Shown: positions 9,295-18,230 of the stretch, piece by piece | Layout: every line of letters starts with the position of its first letter | Position numbering within the stretch: position 1 is the stretch's first letter | Program-made: the position numbers and the translations under genes | Notes under the pieces: generated by a model | Seen by the model: only the letters and a program-made list of their open reading frames with translations | What the model was told of the DNA's origin: nothing | Database searches by the model: none | Source: Deltaproteobacteria bacterium | GTDB lineage: Bacteria > Myxococcota > JACRCW01 | Direction: 5' to 3' | Length of the DNA stretch: 41,410 nt | Assembly (NCBI GenBank): GCA_016218805.1 | Contig: JACRCW010000070.1 | Location: forward strand, 1 to 41,410

Positions 9295-9624
9295 TCAGAC
9301 GATCTTGCCCTGCAGGATCAGCGCGACAATGAAGCCGTAGATCACCAGCGACTCAATGAGCGCCAGGCCCAGGATCATGGGGACGAAGACCTTGTCCGCG
9401 GCGTTGGGGTTGCGGCCAATGGACTCCAGCGCGGAGGCCGCCGTGCGGCCCTGGCCGAACGCGCCACCCAGCGCCGGCAGGCCGATGGCGAGGGCCGCGC
9501 CCAGCGCGTACCAGCTCTTGTCGGTCTGGCCGCCGCCGCCGCCGCCGCCCCAGTTCTGGGCAAACGCCGTGGAGGTCATCAACCAGGTCATTGCGAACGT
9601 CATCACGGAAACGATCTTCTTCAT
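9295..9624 (-). CDS. atpE: ATP synthase F0 subunit c (with N-terminal extension)
   Basis: GxGxGQG helix, RNP loop, LALIESLVIY carrying the essential Glu. AAGGAAAGAG precedes ATG 9624. Confidence 0.96.
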   Translation of the reverse strand: MKKIVSVMTFAMTWLMTSTAFAQNWGGGGGGGQTDKSWYALGAALAIGLPALGGAFGQGRTAASALESIGRNPNAADKVFVPMILGLALIESLVIYGFIVALILQGKIV

Positions 9625-9790
9625 GGTGTGCTCTTTCCTTGTGTCCCGGGGAGCTGCCCCCGGGGTGGTTGGTCCGTCATGCGCGGCCCGTTCATCCGCC
9701 CGGTGTTTTCTCCACTCTCTCTCTCTGTCCCCGTCGCCCTTCACCGGGCGGGCGTGCGGATGCGCGCCCGCGGAGTCTTGCTTTGTGAGA

Positions 9791-10594
9791 TCAATGCGCG
9801 TGCGCTGGCGCGCCGTGCGCGTGGTCCTCGTCGTGGTGGGCCTCCGCCACGGACGTGCCAATGTAGACGCAGGTCAGGATGCAGAAGACCGCCGTCTGGA
9901 TCACGCACACCAGGAAGCCCAGCACGTAGAACGGCAGCGGCACCAGCACCGGCACCAGCCCCGCAAACGCAAACAGCACCTGGTGGTCACCCATCATGTT
10001 GCCCATCAGCCGAAGCGACAGGGACATGGGACGCGCCAGGTGGCCAATGAGCTCGATGGGGAACATCAGGGGCGCCATCAGCCAGCCCCACCACGTCCCC
10101 ACCGGGTTGGCCATGTGTGCAATGTGGTTGAGGCCGTTCACGCGCAGGCCCTGGTAGTTGTAATAGAGGAACACGGTGATGCCGCAGCCCGCCGTTGTGT
10201 TGAGGTTGTCCGTGGGCGGGGCCATGCCCGGGATGAGACCCACCAGGTTGCTGCAGAAGATGTACAGCGCCAGCCCGCCCACCAGCGGGAAGTAGCGGCG
10301 GTGGTCCTTGCCAATGATGTTCTTCATCAGGCCCAGCAGCGCGTCCACCAGCAGCTCAAAGAACGCGGCCACGCCAAACTTCCGCGGCGGGATGACGGCG
10401 TTCTCCACGTCGGAAAAGTGCCCGCGCGCCATGAACGCCATCACGGCAATGATGCACACCACCAACGCGGTGGTCAGCACGTGATGGACCAGGAAGTCAT
10501 GCGAGCCCACCACGGGCTTGGCCACGTGGTGCAGGTAATCACGCAGGTTCCCGAAGAAGGGAAGGAAGCTCCACCAGGTGGTGTGGTGATCCAT
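9791..10594 (-). CDS. atpB: ATP synthase F0 subunit a
   Basis: NLVGLIPG..PPT.NLN, PIELIGHLARPMSLSLRLMGNM with the essential Arg, IQTAVFCILT..YI. Confidence 0.96.
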   Translation of the reverse strand: MDHHTTWWSFLPFFGNLRDYLHHVAKPVVGSHDFLVHHVLTTALVVCIIAVMAFMARGHFSDVENAVIPPRKFGVAAFFELLVDALLGLMKNIIGKDHRRYFPLVGGLALYIFCSNLVGLIPGMAPPTDNLNTTAGCGITVFLYYNYQGLRVNGLNHIAHMANPVGTWWGWLMAPLMFPIELIGHLARPMSLSLRLMGNMMGDHQVLFAFAGLVPVLVPLPFYVLGFLVCVIQTAVFCILTCVYIGTSVAEAHHDEDHAHGAPAHAH

Positions 10595-10639
10595 GTCCGG
10601 CTCTCTCCTGAATGACCCACTACAACCGCGCGGGGGCCC

Positions 10640-11131
10640 TTAGCCCACGGACCGGCCCCGGCGGAAGAGGCCGAACACCATCCCCGCCAGGGCGGGCACG
10701 CTGAGGCCCAGCCCGTACCCCAGCGCCATGTCCTGGTGGCTGCGCACCACCCAGGCGCTCACCCCGGCCAGGGCCAGGAAGCTGCCCAGCAGCAGCATGC
10801 CAAAGAACGCGCGGTTCTCCTCTTCCAACAGCACCTTCCCCAGCAGCACGGAGAGCGCCACCAGGTTGGCCGTCATGACCAGGCTCCCCAACGTCACGCC
10901 CCAGGCGGTGGGCCCCGGCGCCAGCACCCACGCCAGCACGGAGGCGCCCGCCGAACACAGCAGGGACGCGTACGCGAGCATGCGCGCGCTGTGGTGCGCC
11001 CGCCCCAGCATGGCCTGGCGCTCGCGGGCGGCGGTGGCCGCGTCTTCCTCGCGGTCCAGGCGCTCCTGTTCCAGTTCCTCCTGGCTGCGCGGCACCACCG
11101 GCCCGCGCGGTGACCCGTTGCCGGACGTCAT
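10640..11131 (-). CDS. atpI: ATP synthase I-like membrane protein
   Basis: Four hydrophobic segments, located directly upstream of atpB and coupled to the preceding ORF by an ATGA overlap. Confidence 0.7.
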   Translation of the reverse strand: MTSGNGSPRGPVVPRSQEELEQERLDREEDAATAARERQAMLGRAHHSARMLAYASLLCSAGASVLAWVLAPGPTAWGVTLGSLVMTANLVALSVLLGKVLLEEENRAFFGMLLLGSFLALAGVSAWVVRSHQDMALGYGLGLSVPALAGMVFGLFRRGRSVG

Positions 11132-11382
11132 GGCGTGCCGCCCTCACCGGGATCATTGAGCTTGGTGGTCCGCGCAATGGTCCACAGTTCCTTGGCGGAC
11201 GCCGCCAGCCCAAACAGGAAGCCCACCAGCACGCCCCACGGCGCGCTGTGCAGCCACCCGTCAACCAGCCACCCCGCGCCGGACCCCAGCAGCATGGCAA
11301 TGATGATGAAGTAGCCCACTGCGGCCGCGCGGCCGGCCTTCATCATGCTCCTGCCGTAGTAGCCCACGCGCGCCTCCGGCAC
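11128..11382 (-). CDS. AtpZ/AtpI-family (ATPase gene 1) protein
   Basis: G..AGWLVDGWL.S.PWG.LVG.LFG motif of the ATPase_gene1 family; first gene of the F0 cluster. Start may be the later ATG near 11346. Confidence 0.8.
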   Translation of the reverse strand: MPEARVGYYGRSMMKAGRAAAVGYFIIIAMLLGSGAGWLVDGWLHSAPWGVLVGFLFGLAASAKELWTIARTTKLNDPGEGGTP

Positions 11383-11446
11383 CCCCCTTGCGTCGTCGTC
11401 AGGGGACCGCGGCGGCTGTAGAGAAGACGGGCGGGCCCGTCAACGG

Positions 11447-11920
11447 TCAGGCGGCCTGCTTGACCGCGTACGCACGCAGGCCCTTGAGGGCGTTGCGCCG
11501 GACCACGTTGCGGAAGAACGGCGTCCAGCCCAGCAGCAGGCCCGCGGGTCCCAGCGCCTGGCGCGCCCAGCGGTGGAAGCCAAAGGTGTCCACGTGCTCG
11601 GCAATCTTCCCGTCCCGGAACCGGAACGTTGCATCAATGCTGTTGTGCACGCGGCGGCCCGTCACGCTGAAGGTGTAGTACGCATCCCAGTGCGCGCGGC
11701 CGGTGGCGTCGTCGGCGGAGACGTCGCGGAACTCCACGCGCAGGTCCGCGCCGCGTTCGCACAGCATGCGCCACATCAGCCGCGCCTCATCCCCACGCAG
11801 GTCAAACACCGCGTCCCGGAAGGTCACCTCCGGGTGATAGCAGGCGGCCATGGCGCCAGCGTCCCGCCGCTGGAAGGCGGCGTAGAAGGCGTTCACCAGC
11901 GTGGCGTGGGGATGAGTCAC
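11447..11920 (-). CDS. SnoaL-like / NTF2-family protein
   Basis: FYAAFQRRDAGAMAACYHPEVTFRDAVF...AHWDAYYTFS.TGR.VHN.IDATF.FRDGKI.EH.D.F. The GTG start overlaps the kinase stop (GTGA). Confidence 0.88.
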   Translation of the reverse strand: MTHPHATLVNAFYAAFQRRDAGAMAACYHPEVTFRDAVFDLRGDEARLMWRMLCERGADLRVEFRDVSADDATGRAHWDAYYTFSVTGRRVHNSIDATFRFRDGKIAEHVDTFGFHRWARQALGPAGLLLGWTPFFRNVVRRNALKGLRAYAVKQAA

Positions 11921-14043
11921 TTCTTGCACGTGAGCGTGTACACGTAGCCCTGGTCGGCCTCGCCTGCCTCGTCGGGGGCAATGGAAGTCGGGTAGTCCTG
12001 GCAGCCTGCGCGCTTGAGGACGATTTGCGGGAACGGCGGGTCCACCGCCAGGTCCTTGTACACCCACGGCGTCACGCCCAGCTGCTGCTTGCCCTGGTCA
12101 AAGATCTTGGCGCCGGGGGGCATGCTCTTGATCTCAAAGTCCACCGACTGCGGGCGCAGCGTCACTTCCTGCGTGGCCTTCGCGTCCGGATCAATGGCGA
12201 GCTTGGTCTCAGACTTCTTGTAGCGCGCCAGCTTGAGTTCCAACCGGTGCTCGCCAATGGACATCTCCACGTCAGCCGGCGTCACTTTGCCGCTGTCCGC
12301 GCCATCCACCCAGATGGCGGCGCCGCCCGGCTTGGAGCGGATGCTCACCACGCCCGTGGGATCCGGCATGCGGTCCAGGCGAATCTGTTCGCGCGCCACC
12401 TGGTTGCGGGCCAGCGTGATGTTGACGCTCATGGGCACAAACTTCTCTTTCACCACCCGGACAACGTGCGGCCCAACTGGAACGTCCGTGAGGGTGAGCT
12501 CGCCGCCCTGGACCGCGCCGCGGGACACGCCGTCCAGGAACACCTCGGAGCCATCCGGCTGGACGGACATGGCAATGGACCCCGTGCCCTTGAACATGAC
12601 GGCCGCCCCCGCGGCAATCCCCACCACGGCAAGCACAATGGCCGCCGCAATGCCAACCAGCTTGCCGGTGCCGCTGCGCGGTGGCGGCGTGGGCGCGGCC
12701 AGGGGCGCGGGCGCGGGGGCCAGTTGCGCGGCCGGGCGGATGCCCGTCTGGGTGGGCTGCCGCGCGGACGGCCCGCCGCCCACGTACGTGGACGGGTTGG
12801 CGCCCGGCACAGCCGGCGCCGGCTTGGGGGTGGAGCCGCTGCCGCTCCCCGCGCTCCCGTGGTCCGCACCGCCGGTCACGGACGCGAACGGGTCATCCTC
12901 CGCGTCATCCGCCATGGCGGCCATCACGGCGGCGGACGCGGAGTCCAACTGAGGCGTGGCCGGCTTGGCGGGCGCGGCGGCCGGGGGGGCCGCGGCCACC
13001 TCCGGCATCTCAATGTCGCGGTAGCTCTCCATGCGGAGGCGCTCGCGGTCGTAGTCTGCCGGGAAGTTGTTGCGCAGGTATTCGGCCAGGTCATTGCGCG
13101 TGGGGGACTTGCCCTGCATGAGCATGAACCGCTGCAGGTCCTCGCTCATGTCTGAACCCCACTGGTAGCGGTCCTCGGGGTCCTTGGCCATGGCCTTGTA
13201 GATGATGCGTTCCACCTCGGGCGGCACCACGCTGCTGATGAGGGACGGCGGCTTGATCTCAACGTTGCGCACCATCTCCAGCAGGGAGAAGTCGCTGTCG
13301 GCCACAAAGGCGCGTTCGCCGGTCACCATCTCATACAGGCACACGCCCAGCGCAAACACGTCCGCGCGCTGGTCAATGGGCATGCCGCGGATCTGCTCCG
13401 GCGCCATGTACCCAAACTTCCCCTTGAGGATGCCCGCCTGCGTCTTGGACGCCTTGCCGGCCGCCTTGGCAATGCCAAAGTCAATGACCTTGACCTCGCC
13501 CTCCCAGCTGATGAGCACGTTCTGCGGGCTGACGTCCCGGTGGACAATCTTGAGGTCCACGCCAAAGTTGTCCTTCTTGCGGTGCGCGTAGTCCAGGCCC
13601 TCGCACATCTTCTGGACAATGAAGCAGGACAGCGGGATGGGGAGCGGCTCGTTGCGCTGGCGCTGGTAGCCCCAGACCGTCTTGGCGTCCTTACCGCTGA
13701 TGTACTCCATCGCGATGTAGAACGTCTCGTCGACCTTGTTGAGCTCATACACCTGGCCGATGTTGGCGTGCTGCAGCTGCACGGTGATCTTGGCTTCATC
13801 CTTGAACATCTGGATGAACTCAGGGTCCTCCACCACGTGCGGCAGGATCTTCTTGATGGCAATGATGCGCTGGAAATCCTCCGCGCCAAACTGCTTGGCC
13901 CGCCACACTTCCGCCATGCCGCCGGCCGCCACGCGGTCCAGCAGCAGGTAGCGCCCAAACACGGCCGGCTTGAGCTTGCCCCCCTTGGCTGGAGCGCCGG
14001 AGGCTGGGGCGGCAGGGGTGGCAGGAGCGCGGCTGGTGGTCAT
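11917..14043 (-). CDS. Hanks-type Ser/Thr protein kinase with TM segment and PEGA domains
   Basis: GGMAEVW, IAIKK, HRDVSPQN, IDFG, KGKFGYMAPEQ; TM helix; about three PEGA-like modules. Confidence 0.93.
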   Translation of the reverse strand: MTTSRAPATPAAPASGAPAKGGKLKPAVFGRYLLLDRVAAGGMAEVWRAKQFGAEDFQRIIAIKKILPHVVEDPEFIQMFKDEAKITVQLQHANIGQVYELNKVDETFYIAMEYISGKDAKTVWGYQRQRNEPLPIPLSCFIVQKMCEGLDYAHRKKDNFGVDLKIVHRDVSPQNVLISWEGEVKVIDFGIAKAAGKASKTQAGILKGKFGYMAPEQIRGMPIDQRADVFALGVCLYEMVTGERAFVADSDFSLLEMVRNVEIKPPSLISSVVPPEVERIIYKAMAKDPEDRYQWGSDMSEDLQRFMLMQGKSPTRNDLAEYLRNNFPADYDRERLRMESYRDIEMPEVAAAPPAAAPAKPATPQLDSASAAVMAAMADDAEDDPFASVTGGADHGSAGSGSGSTPKPAPAVPGANPSTYVGGGPSARQPTQTGIRPAAQLAPAPAPLAAPTPPPRSGTGKLVGIAAAIVLAVVGIAAGAAVMFKGTGSIAMSVQPDGSEVFLDGVSRGAVQGGELTLTDVPVGPHVVRVVKEKFVPMSVNITLARNQVAREQIRLDRMPDPTGVVSIRSKPGGAAIWVDGADSGKVTPADVEMSIGEHRLELKLARYKKSETKLAIDPDAKATQEVTLRPQSVDFEIKSMPPGAKIFDQGKQQLGVTPWVYKDLAVDPPFPQIVLKRAGCQDYPTSIAPDEAGEADQGYVYTLTCKK

Positions 14044-14186
14044 GAGCAGTTCAACCCCGGGGACAGCGAATGAAGGACCCTCCACCTGTAGCCCAAGCGC
14101 GGTACCCAAGTCATCGTCGCCGTACGGCACACAAGTGGGACATGCGGCACGGTGACGCGCGTGCTTGCCACCGGTACCTTGGCCGG

Positions 14187-14765
14187 ATGCGCCGCGCCAT
14201 CCTCCTCGTCGCGCTGGGATTCCTGGCCTCCTGCCGGGCCCCATCCGCCGTGTTCCGCTGCGCTGCCGACGGCGACTGTGACCCGGGCCACGTCTGCGGG
14301 GACGGCACCTGCCGCCGTGGCTGCCTCACCAACGCGGACTGCTGGAGCTGGCAGACCTGCACCGCCCGGGTCTGCGGCGTCCGCGGGGACGTGGGTGACG
14401 CCGGTCACCTGGCCGCGGACGCGGGCCAGCCGCCGGACCTGGATCCCGGCTGGACGCCGCCGGTGGGGGGCGGGGATGCCGGGGGTCCCGCCGCCGATTT
14501 TGATCCGGGGTGGACGCCGGACCCCACGCCGGGGCCGGGCACGGACGTGAACGACCAGGACGGGCCCGCCAGCGGTGACGCGGGTCCTCCCACCGTGGAG
14601 CCCGAGGTCCCCGGCGAAGTGGGCCGCACCGACGGTGGCGCCCGCCCGGAGGCCGGGACGCCCGACCCGGTGGGCGAGGCGGACGGCCGGACGGACGGCG
14701 GCGGTCCCCTGCGGGATGGGGGCGCGGTGGATGCCGCGGGGCCGCTCGACGACGGGCGGGGCTGA
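14187..14765 (+). CDS. Putative lipoprotein with Cys-rich N-terminal repeats and acidic DAG/DGG tail
   Basis: MRRAILLVALGFLAS-C lipobox-like start, CxxDxDCxxGxxC repeats, DPGWTP occurring twice, low-complexity tail. Confidence 0.7.
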   Translation: MRRAILLVALGFLASCRAPSAVFRCAADGDCDPGHVCGDGTCRRGCLTNADCWSWQTCTARVCGVRGDVGDAGHLAADAGQPPDLDPGWTPPVGGGDAGGPAADFDPGWTPDPTPGPGTDVNDQDGPASGDAGPPTVEPEVPGEVGRTDGGARPEAGTPDPVGEADGRTDGGGPLRDGGAVDAAGPLDDGRG

Positions 14766-14876
14766 CGCGGACACGGTCACGTCCACGGCTGGGGGGCCGG
14801 CGCTTGCACGGGGGGCGGCTTGGCGTCACCTTCCCGCAGCCCCGCGCGGGCGGGGCACCTACCGAGGTGGAATCCC

Positions 14877-15779
14877 ATGGTCGCCGCCGTCGCGCTGCCC
14901 AAGCTGGAAGAGAAACTGAAGGAAGACCTGGTGGAGCTCATCCGCACCAGCTCCACGCGGTTGCCGCCTGACGTGGTCAAGGCGCTGCAGGCCGCGGAGA
15001 AGTCTGAGGACGTCCCGCAGGCGCGCAGCACGCTGCTCAAGATGGTGAAGAACCAGGAGGAGGCGTATGCGGGGCGGACGCCCACCTGCCAGGACACCGG
15101 CACGCTCATCTTTGAGGTGGAATACGGTGACCCGTGGCGGGAAAAGGCGCTCACCGCGCTGGTCAGGGACGCCGTGCGCGAGGCCACCCGGCGCGGTTAC
15201 CTGCGCCCCAACACCGTGGACAGCGTCACGGGGAAGAACATCACGGACAACGTGCATGACGGCTCGCCCTACCTGCACTTCCACCAGCGGGATGATGACG
15301 GCGTGCGCGTCCGCCTCATGCAGAAGGGCGGCGGCTGTGAAAACGTGGGCGCGCAGTACTCGCTCCCGGACGAGCGGATTGGCGCCGGGCGCGACCTGGA
15401 GGGCGTGCGGCGCTGCATCCTGGACGCGGTCTGGCAGGCGCAGGGCAAGGGCTGCGCGCCCGGCGCGGTGGGCGTGTGTGTGGGCGGGGACCGCGGGTCC
15501 GGGTACGCGGAGAGCAAGCGGCAGTTGTGGCGCACGCTGGAGGACAAGAACGCCAACCCGGAGGTGGCCGCGCTGGAGGAACGCATCATGAAGGAGGCCA
15601 ACACGCTCGGCATTGGCCCCATGGGCTGGGGCGGCAAGACCACGCTCATTGGCTGCAAGATTGGGACGGTGGCGCGCCTGCCGGCCAGCTTCTTCGTTTC
15701 AGTCAGCTACATGTGCTGGGCCTACCGGCGCGCCCGGCTGGATTTTGCACCTGACGGCTCCTCCCACATTTCGCAGTGA
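14877..15779 (+). CDS. Class I fumarate hydratase / tartrate dehydratase family, alpha subunit (Fe-S hydro-lyase)
   Basis: PTCQDTG, LRPN, KGGGCEN, GCAPG..GVCVGG, LGIGPMGWGGKTT, CWAYRR. Confidence 0.93.
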   Translation: MVAAVALPKLEEKLKEDLVELIRTSSTRLPPDVVKALQAAEKSEDVPQARSTLLKMVKNQEEAYAGRTPTCQDTGTLIFEVEYGDPWREKALTALVRDAVREATRRGYLRPNTVDSVTGKNITDNVHDGSPYLHFHQRDDDGVRVRLMQKGGGCENVGAQYSLPDERIGAGRDLEGVRRCILDAVWQAQGKGCAPGAVGVCVGGDRGSGYAESKRQLWRTLEDKNANPEVAALEERIMKEANTLGIGPMGWGGKTTLIGCKIGTVARLPASFFVSVSYMCWAYRRARLDFAPDGSSHISQ

Positions 15780-15787
15780 GGCCCACC

Positions 15788-16372
15788 ATGCAGAAACTCA
15801 CGCTTCCCCTGGATGAACAAGCCGTGCGCGCGCTGCACCGCGGTGATGACGTGCTCATCAGCGGACGGATGATCACCGGCCGTGACGCCGCCCACAAGCA
15901 CCTGTGCACGCACGAGGACCCCGAGGCGCGCCGGTACCTGGAAGGCGGCATCATCTACCACTGCGGTCCGGTGGTGAAGAAGGACGCGGATGGCAGCTGG
16001 ACCATGACGGCCGCCGGCCCCACCACCAGCACGCGCGAGGAGCCTTACCAGCACAAAGTCATTGCCGACTACAAGGTGCGCGGCGTCATTGGGAAGGGCG
16101 GCATGGGGCCCAAGACGCTCAAGGCCTGCAAGGAGCACGGGTGCGCGTACCTGCACGCCATTGGCGGGCTGGCGGCCACGCTGGCGCGGCACGTCAAGAA
16201 GGTGGAGGGGGTGCTGCACTATGAGGAGTTTGGCCCGCCGGAGGCCATGTGGATCCTGCAGGTGGAGGACTTCCCCGCGGTGGTGACCATGGACAGCCAC
16301 GGTGAGAGCCTGCATGAGGTGGTGGAGCGCGAAAGCGGGGCCAGGCTGCGCGCACTGCTGGGGATGGCGTGA
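15788..16372 (+). CDS. Class I fumarate hydratase / tartrate dehydratase family, beta subunit
   Basis: TGRDAAHK, IYHCGPVV, AGPTTSTRE, IGKGGMG, PEAMW, MDSHG. Confidence 0.93.
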   Translation: MQKLTLPLDEQAVRALHRGDDVLISGRMITGRDAAHKHLCTHEDPEARRYLEGGIIYHCGPVVKKDADGSWTMTAAGPTTSTREEPYQHKVIADYKVRGVIGKGGMGPKTLKACKEHGCAYLHAIGGLAATLARHVKKVEGVLHYEEFGPPEAMWILQVEDFPAVVTMDSHGESLHEVVERESGARLRALLGMA

Positions 16373-17460
16373 GGGGCGGCGCGGCGGGGCAAGGCATCCT
16401 CCTGGCCGCCGCGCTGCTGGCGGCGGGGACCGCGCACGCGGACAAGGTCTACAAGGATGCGCGGGATCGCTTTCGCCTGACGCTGCCGACCGGCTGGGAG
16501 CTGACGCCCATGCCCGGGGACACCGAAGGCATGGTCTTCCGCCGCCGCGTGGGGGATGTGCCGGGAATCCTGTCCGTGAAGGTGGCGCCGGCCACGCCGT
16601 CGGACACACACACCTCCGTGATGGATGCCCGCACGCGCTCCTTCCAACGCGAGCTGGGCTACGACCGGCAGACGGAACTGGAGGTCAAGGTCGCCAACCT
16701 CAAGGCGCTGCGGCGGACGCACACGGTGTTCCTCAACGGGGATGAGAACATCAAGCGCTATGCGGTGGACCACGTGGTGTTTGCGTACGGCTACGCGCAT
16801 TACGTGCACTTTGAGACGGCGGACGGGCATTACCCGTCCTTCACCAAGGACCTGCAGGCGCTGCTGGCGTCCTACCAACCCCTGGCCGGCCGCAAGCTGT
16901 ATGAGCCGCTCATTGGCCGCTGGCAGATGGTGGGCGGCCCGGCGGGGGACGGCGGGGCGCTCACGCTCAACGCGGACCAGTTCTTCCAGCTGGGCACGCG
17001 CAGCGGGCTGTGGCGCGCGGACGGCAAGCGCCTCATGCTTACGGAACCGCTGGGCACGGAGACCTTCCGCTACATTGTGGATGACCAGGTGCTCACGCTG
17101 CAGAGTGACACGCTCAAGGAACCGGTGAGCTACCGGCGCGCGGCGGGCGGCCCCAAGGTGGCCGAAGATGACGACGTGGCCCGCGCCCGGGCCAACCGCG
17201 CGCTGAAGATGAGCCAGGAGCAGGTGGTGGGCAGCTGGATGGTGGTGGAGGGCGGGGATTCGTTTGAGATGTCCCTCACGGAGTCCGGCGCCTTCCGCTT
17301 TGGCCCCATGGGCGGGCGCTATGAGCTCAAGGGCAACATGCTGAGCGTGGAGAGCAACAGCGGCGTGCGCGTCACCTACTACCTCACGTTTGACGGCAAG
17401 CGGCTGCGCATGAGCGGCGGTGACCTGGACCGGCCGTTGGTGCTGGAGCGGCGGCAGTGA
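16369..17460 (+). CDS. Hypothetical exported protein (PsbP/DcrB-like N-terminus plus two lipocalin-like repeats)
   Basis: Signal peptide ending AHA; F.LTLP.GW motif; two internal repeats starting LIGRW and VVGSW. GTGA overlaps at both ends. Confidence 0.75.
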   Translation: MRGGAAGQGILLAAALLAAGTAHADKVYKDARDRFRLTLPTGWELTPMPGDTEGMVFRRRVGDVPGILSVKVAPATPSDTHTSVMDARTRSFQRELGYDRQTELEVKVANLKALRRTHTVFLNGDENIKRYAVDHVVFAYGYAHYVHFETADGHYPSFTKDLQALLASYQPLAGRKLYEPLIGRWQMVGGPAGDGGALTLNADQFFQLGTRSGLWRADGKRLMLTEPLGTETFRYIVDDQVLTLQSDTLKEPVSYRRAAGGPKVAEDDDVARARANRALKMSQEQVVGSWMVVEGGDSFEMSLTESGAFRFGPMGGRYELKGNMLSVESNSGVRVTYYLTFDGKRLRMSGGDLDRPLVLERRQ

Positions 17461-18230
17461 CCGGGCAGCCCGGCGCGGACGGCGGGCGGCGGGACACCCC
17501 GCTGGCAGCCGAGGTGGACCTCCACGACGACACACTGGAGTCCATCCCGCGGCCGTTCTGGCGGACCTTCCGCGAATCATTCTCCGCCGCGTTCTCCGGC
17601 CTGGCGCGCACCATTGCCACCCAGCGCAACATGAAGGTCCACGTGGTCAGCGCGTTCATGGTGTTGTTGGTGGGCATGGCACTGGAACTGGACCTGGCCA
17701 CGCGCGCGGCGCTCATCTTCTGTGCCGCCGCGGTGTGGTTCGCGGAGATTCTCAACACCGCGCTGGAGGCCTTTGTGGACCTGCACGTCCGGCAGTACCA
17801 CCGCCTGGCCATGCTGGCCAAAGACGCCGCCGCCGCCGGCGTGCTGGTGCTGGCCGCTGCCACCGTGTTGATCTTTGCTGAGGTGCTGCGGGCCAACCTC
17901 CACCAGATCGTGGCCCAGAGCGACCAGGTGCTTCGCTTTGCCGCGCTGGGCGTGCCCGCCACCGGCGGGGTGGTCTACCTGCTGTGGGGCAACCGCAAGG
18001 GTGTCACGCCGTGGCTGGCCCTGGCGGCGTCCCTGGGGCTGCTGGTCCCGCTGGCGCTGACCGCCATTGACCGGCTGTTCACGGCGTCCGCCGTGGGCAT
18101 CATCCTGCTGGCCCGCTACGCCCGGGCCCGCTACCCCGGCACCATGCCCCGCGGCGCCCCGGTGCCCCCCGGTGCGCTGCGCGCCCCCCCCGCCCCCTCC
18201 AGCGTGCGTGCAGGCGCGCCGCGCGGATGA
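17457..18230 (+). CDS. Prokaryotic diacylglycerol/undecaprenol kinase (DgkA family) with C-terminal membrane extension
   Basis: SF.AAF.GL....TQRNMKVH, EILNTALEAFVDL, AKDAAAAGVL. Confidence 0.85.
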   Translation: MTGQPGADGGRRDTPLAAEVDLHDDTLESIPRPFWRTFRESFSAAFSGLARTIATQRNMKVHVVSAFMVLLVGMALELDLATRAALIFCAAAVWFAEILNTALEAFVDLHVRQYHRLAMLAKDAAAAGVLVLAAATVLIFAEVLRANLHQIVAQSDQVLRFAALGVPATGGVVYLLWGNRKGVTPWLALAASLGLLVPLALTAIDRLFTASAVGIILLARYARARYPGTMPRGAPVPPGALRAPPAPSSVRAGAPRG

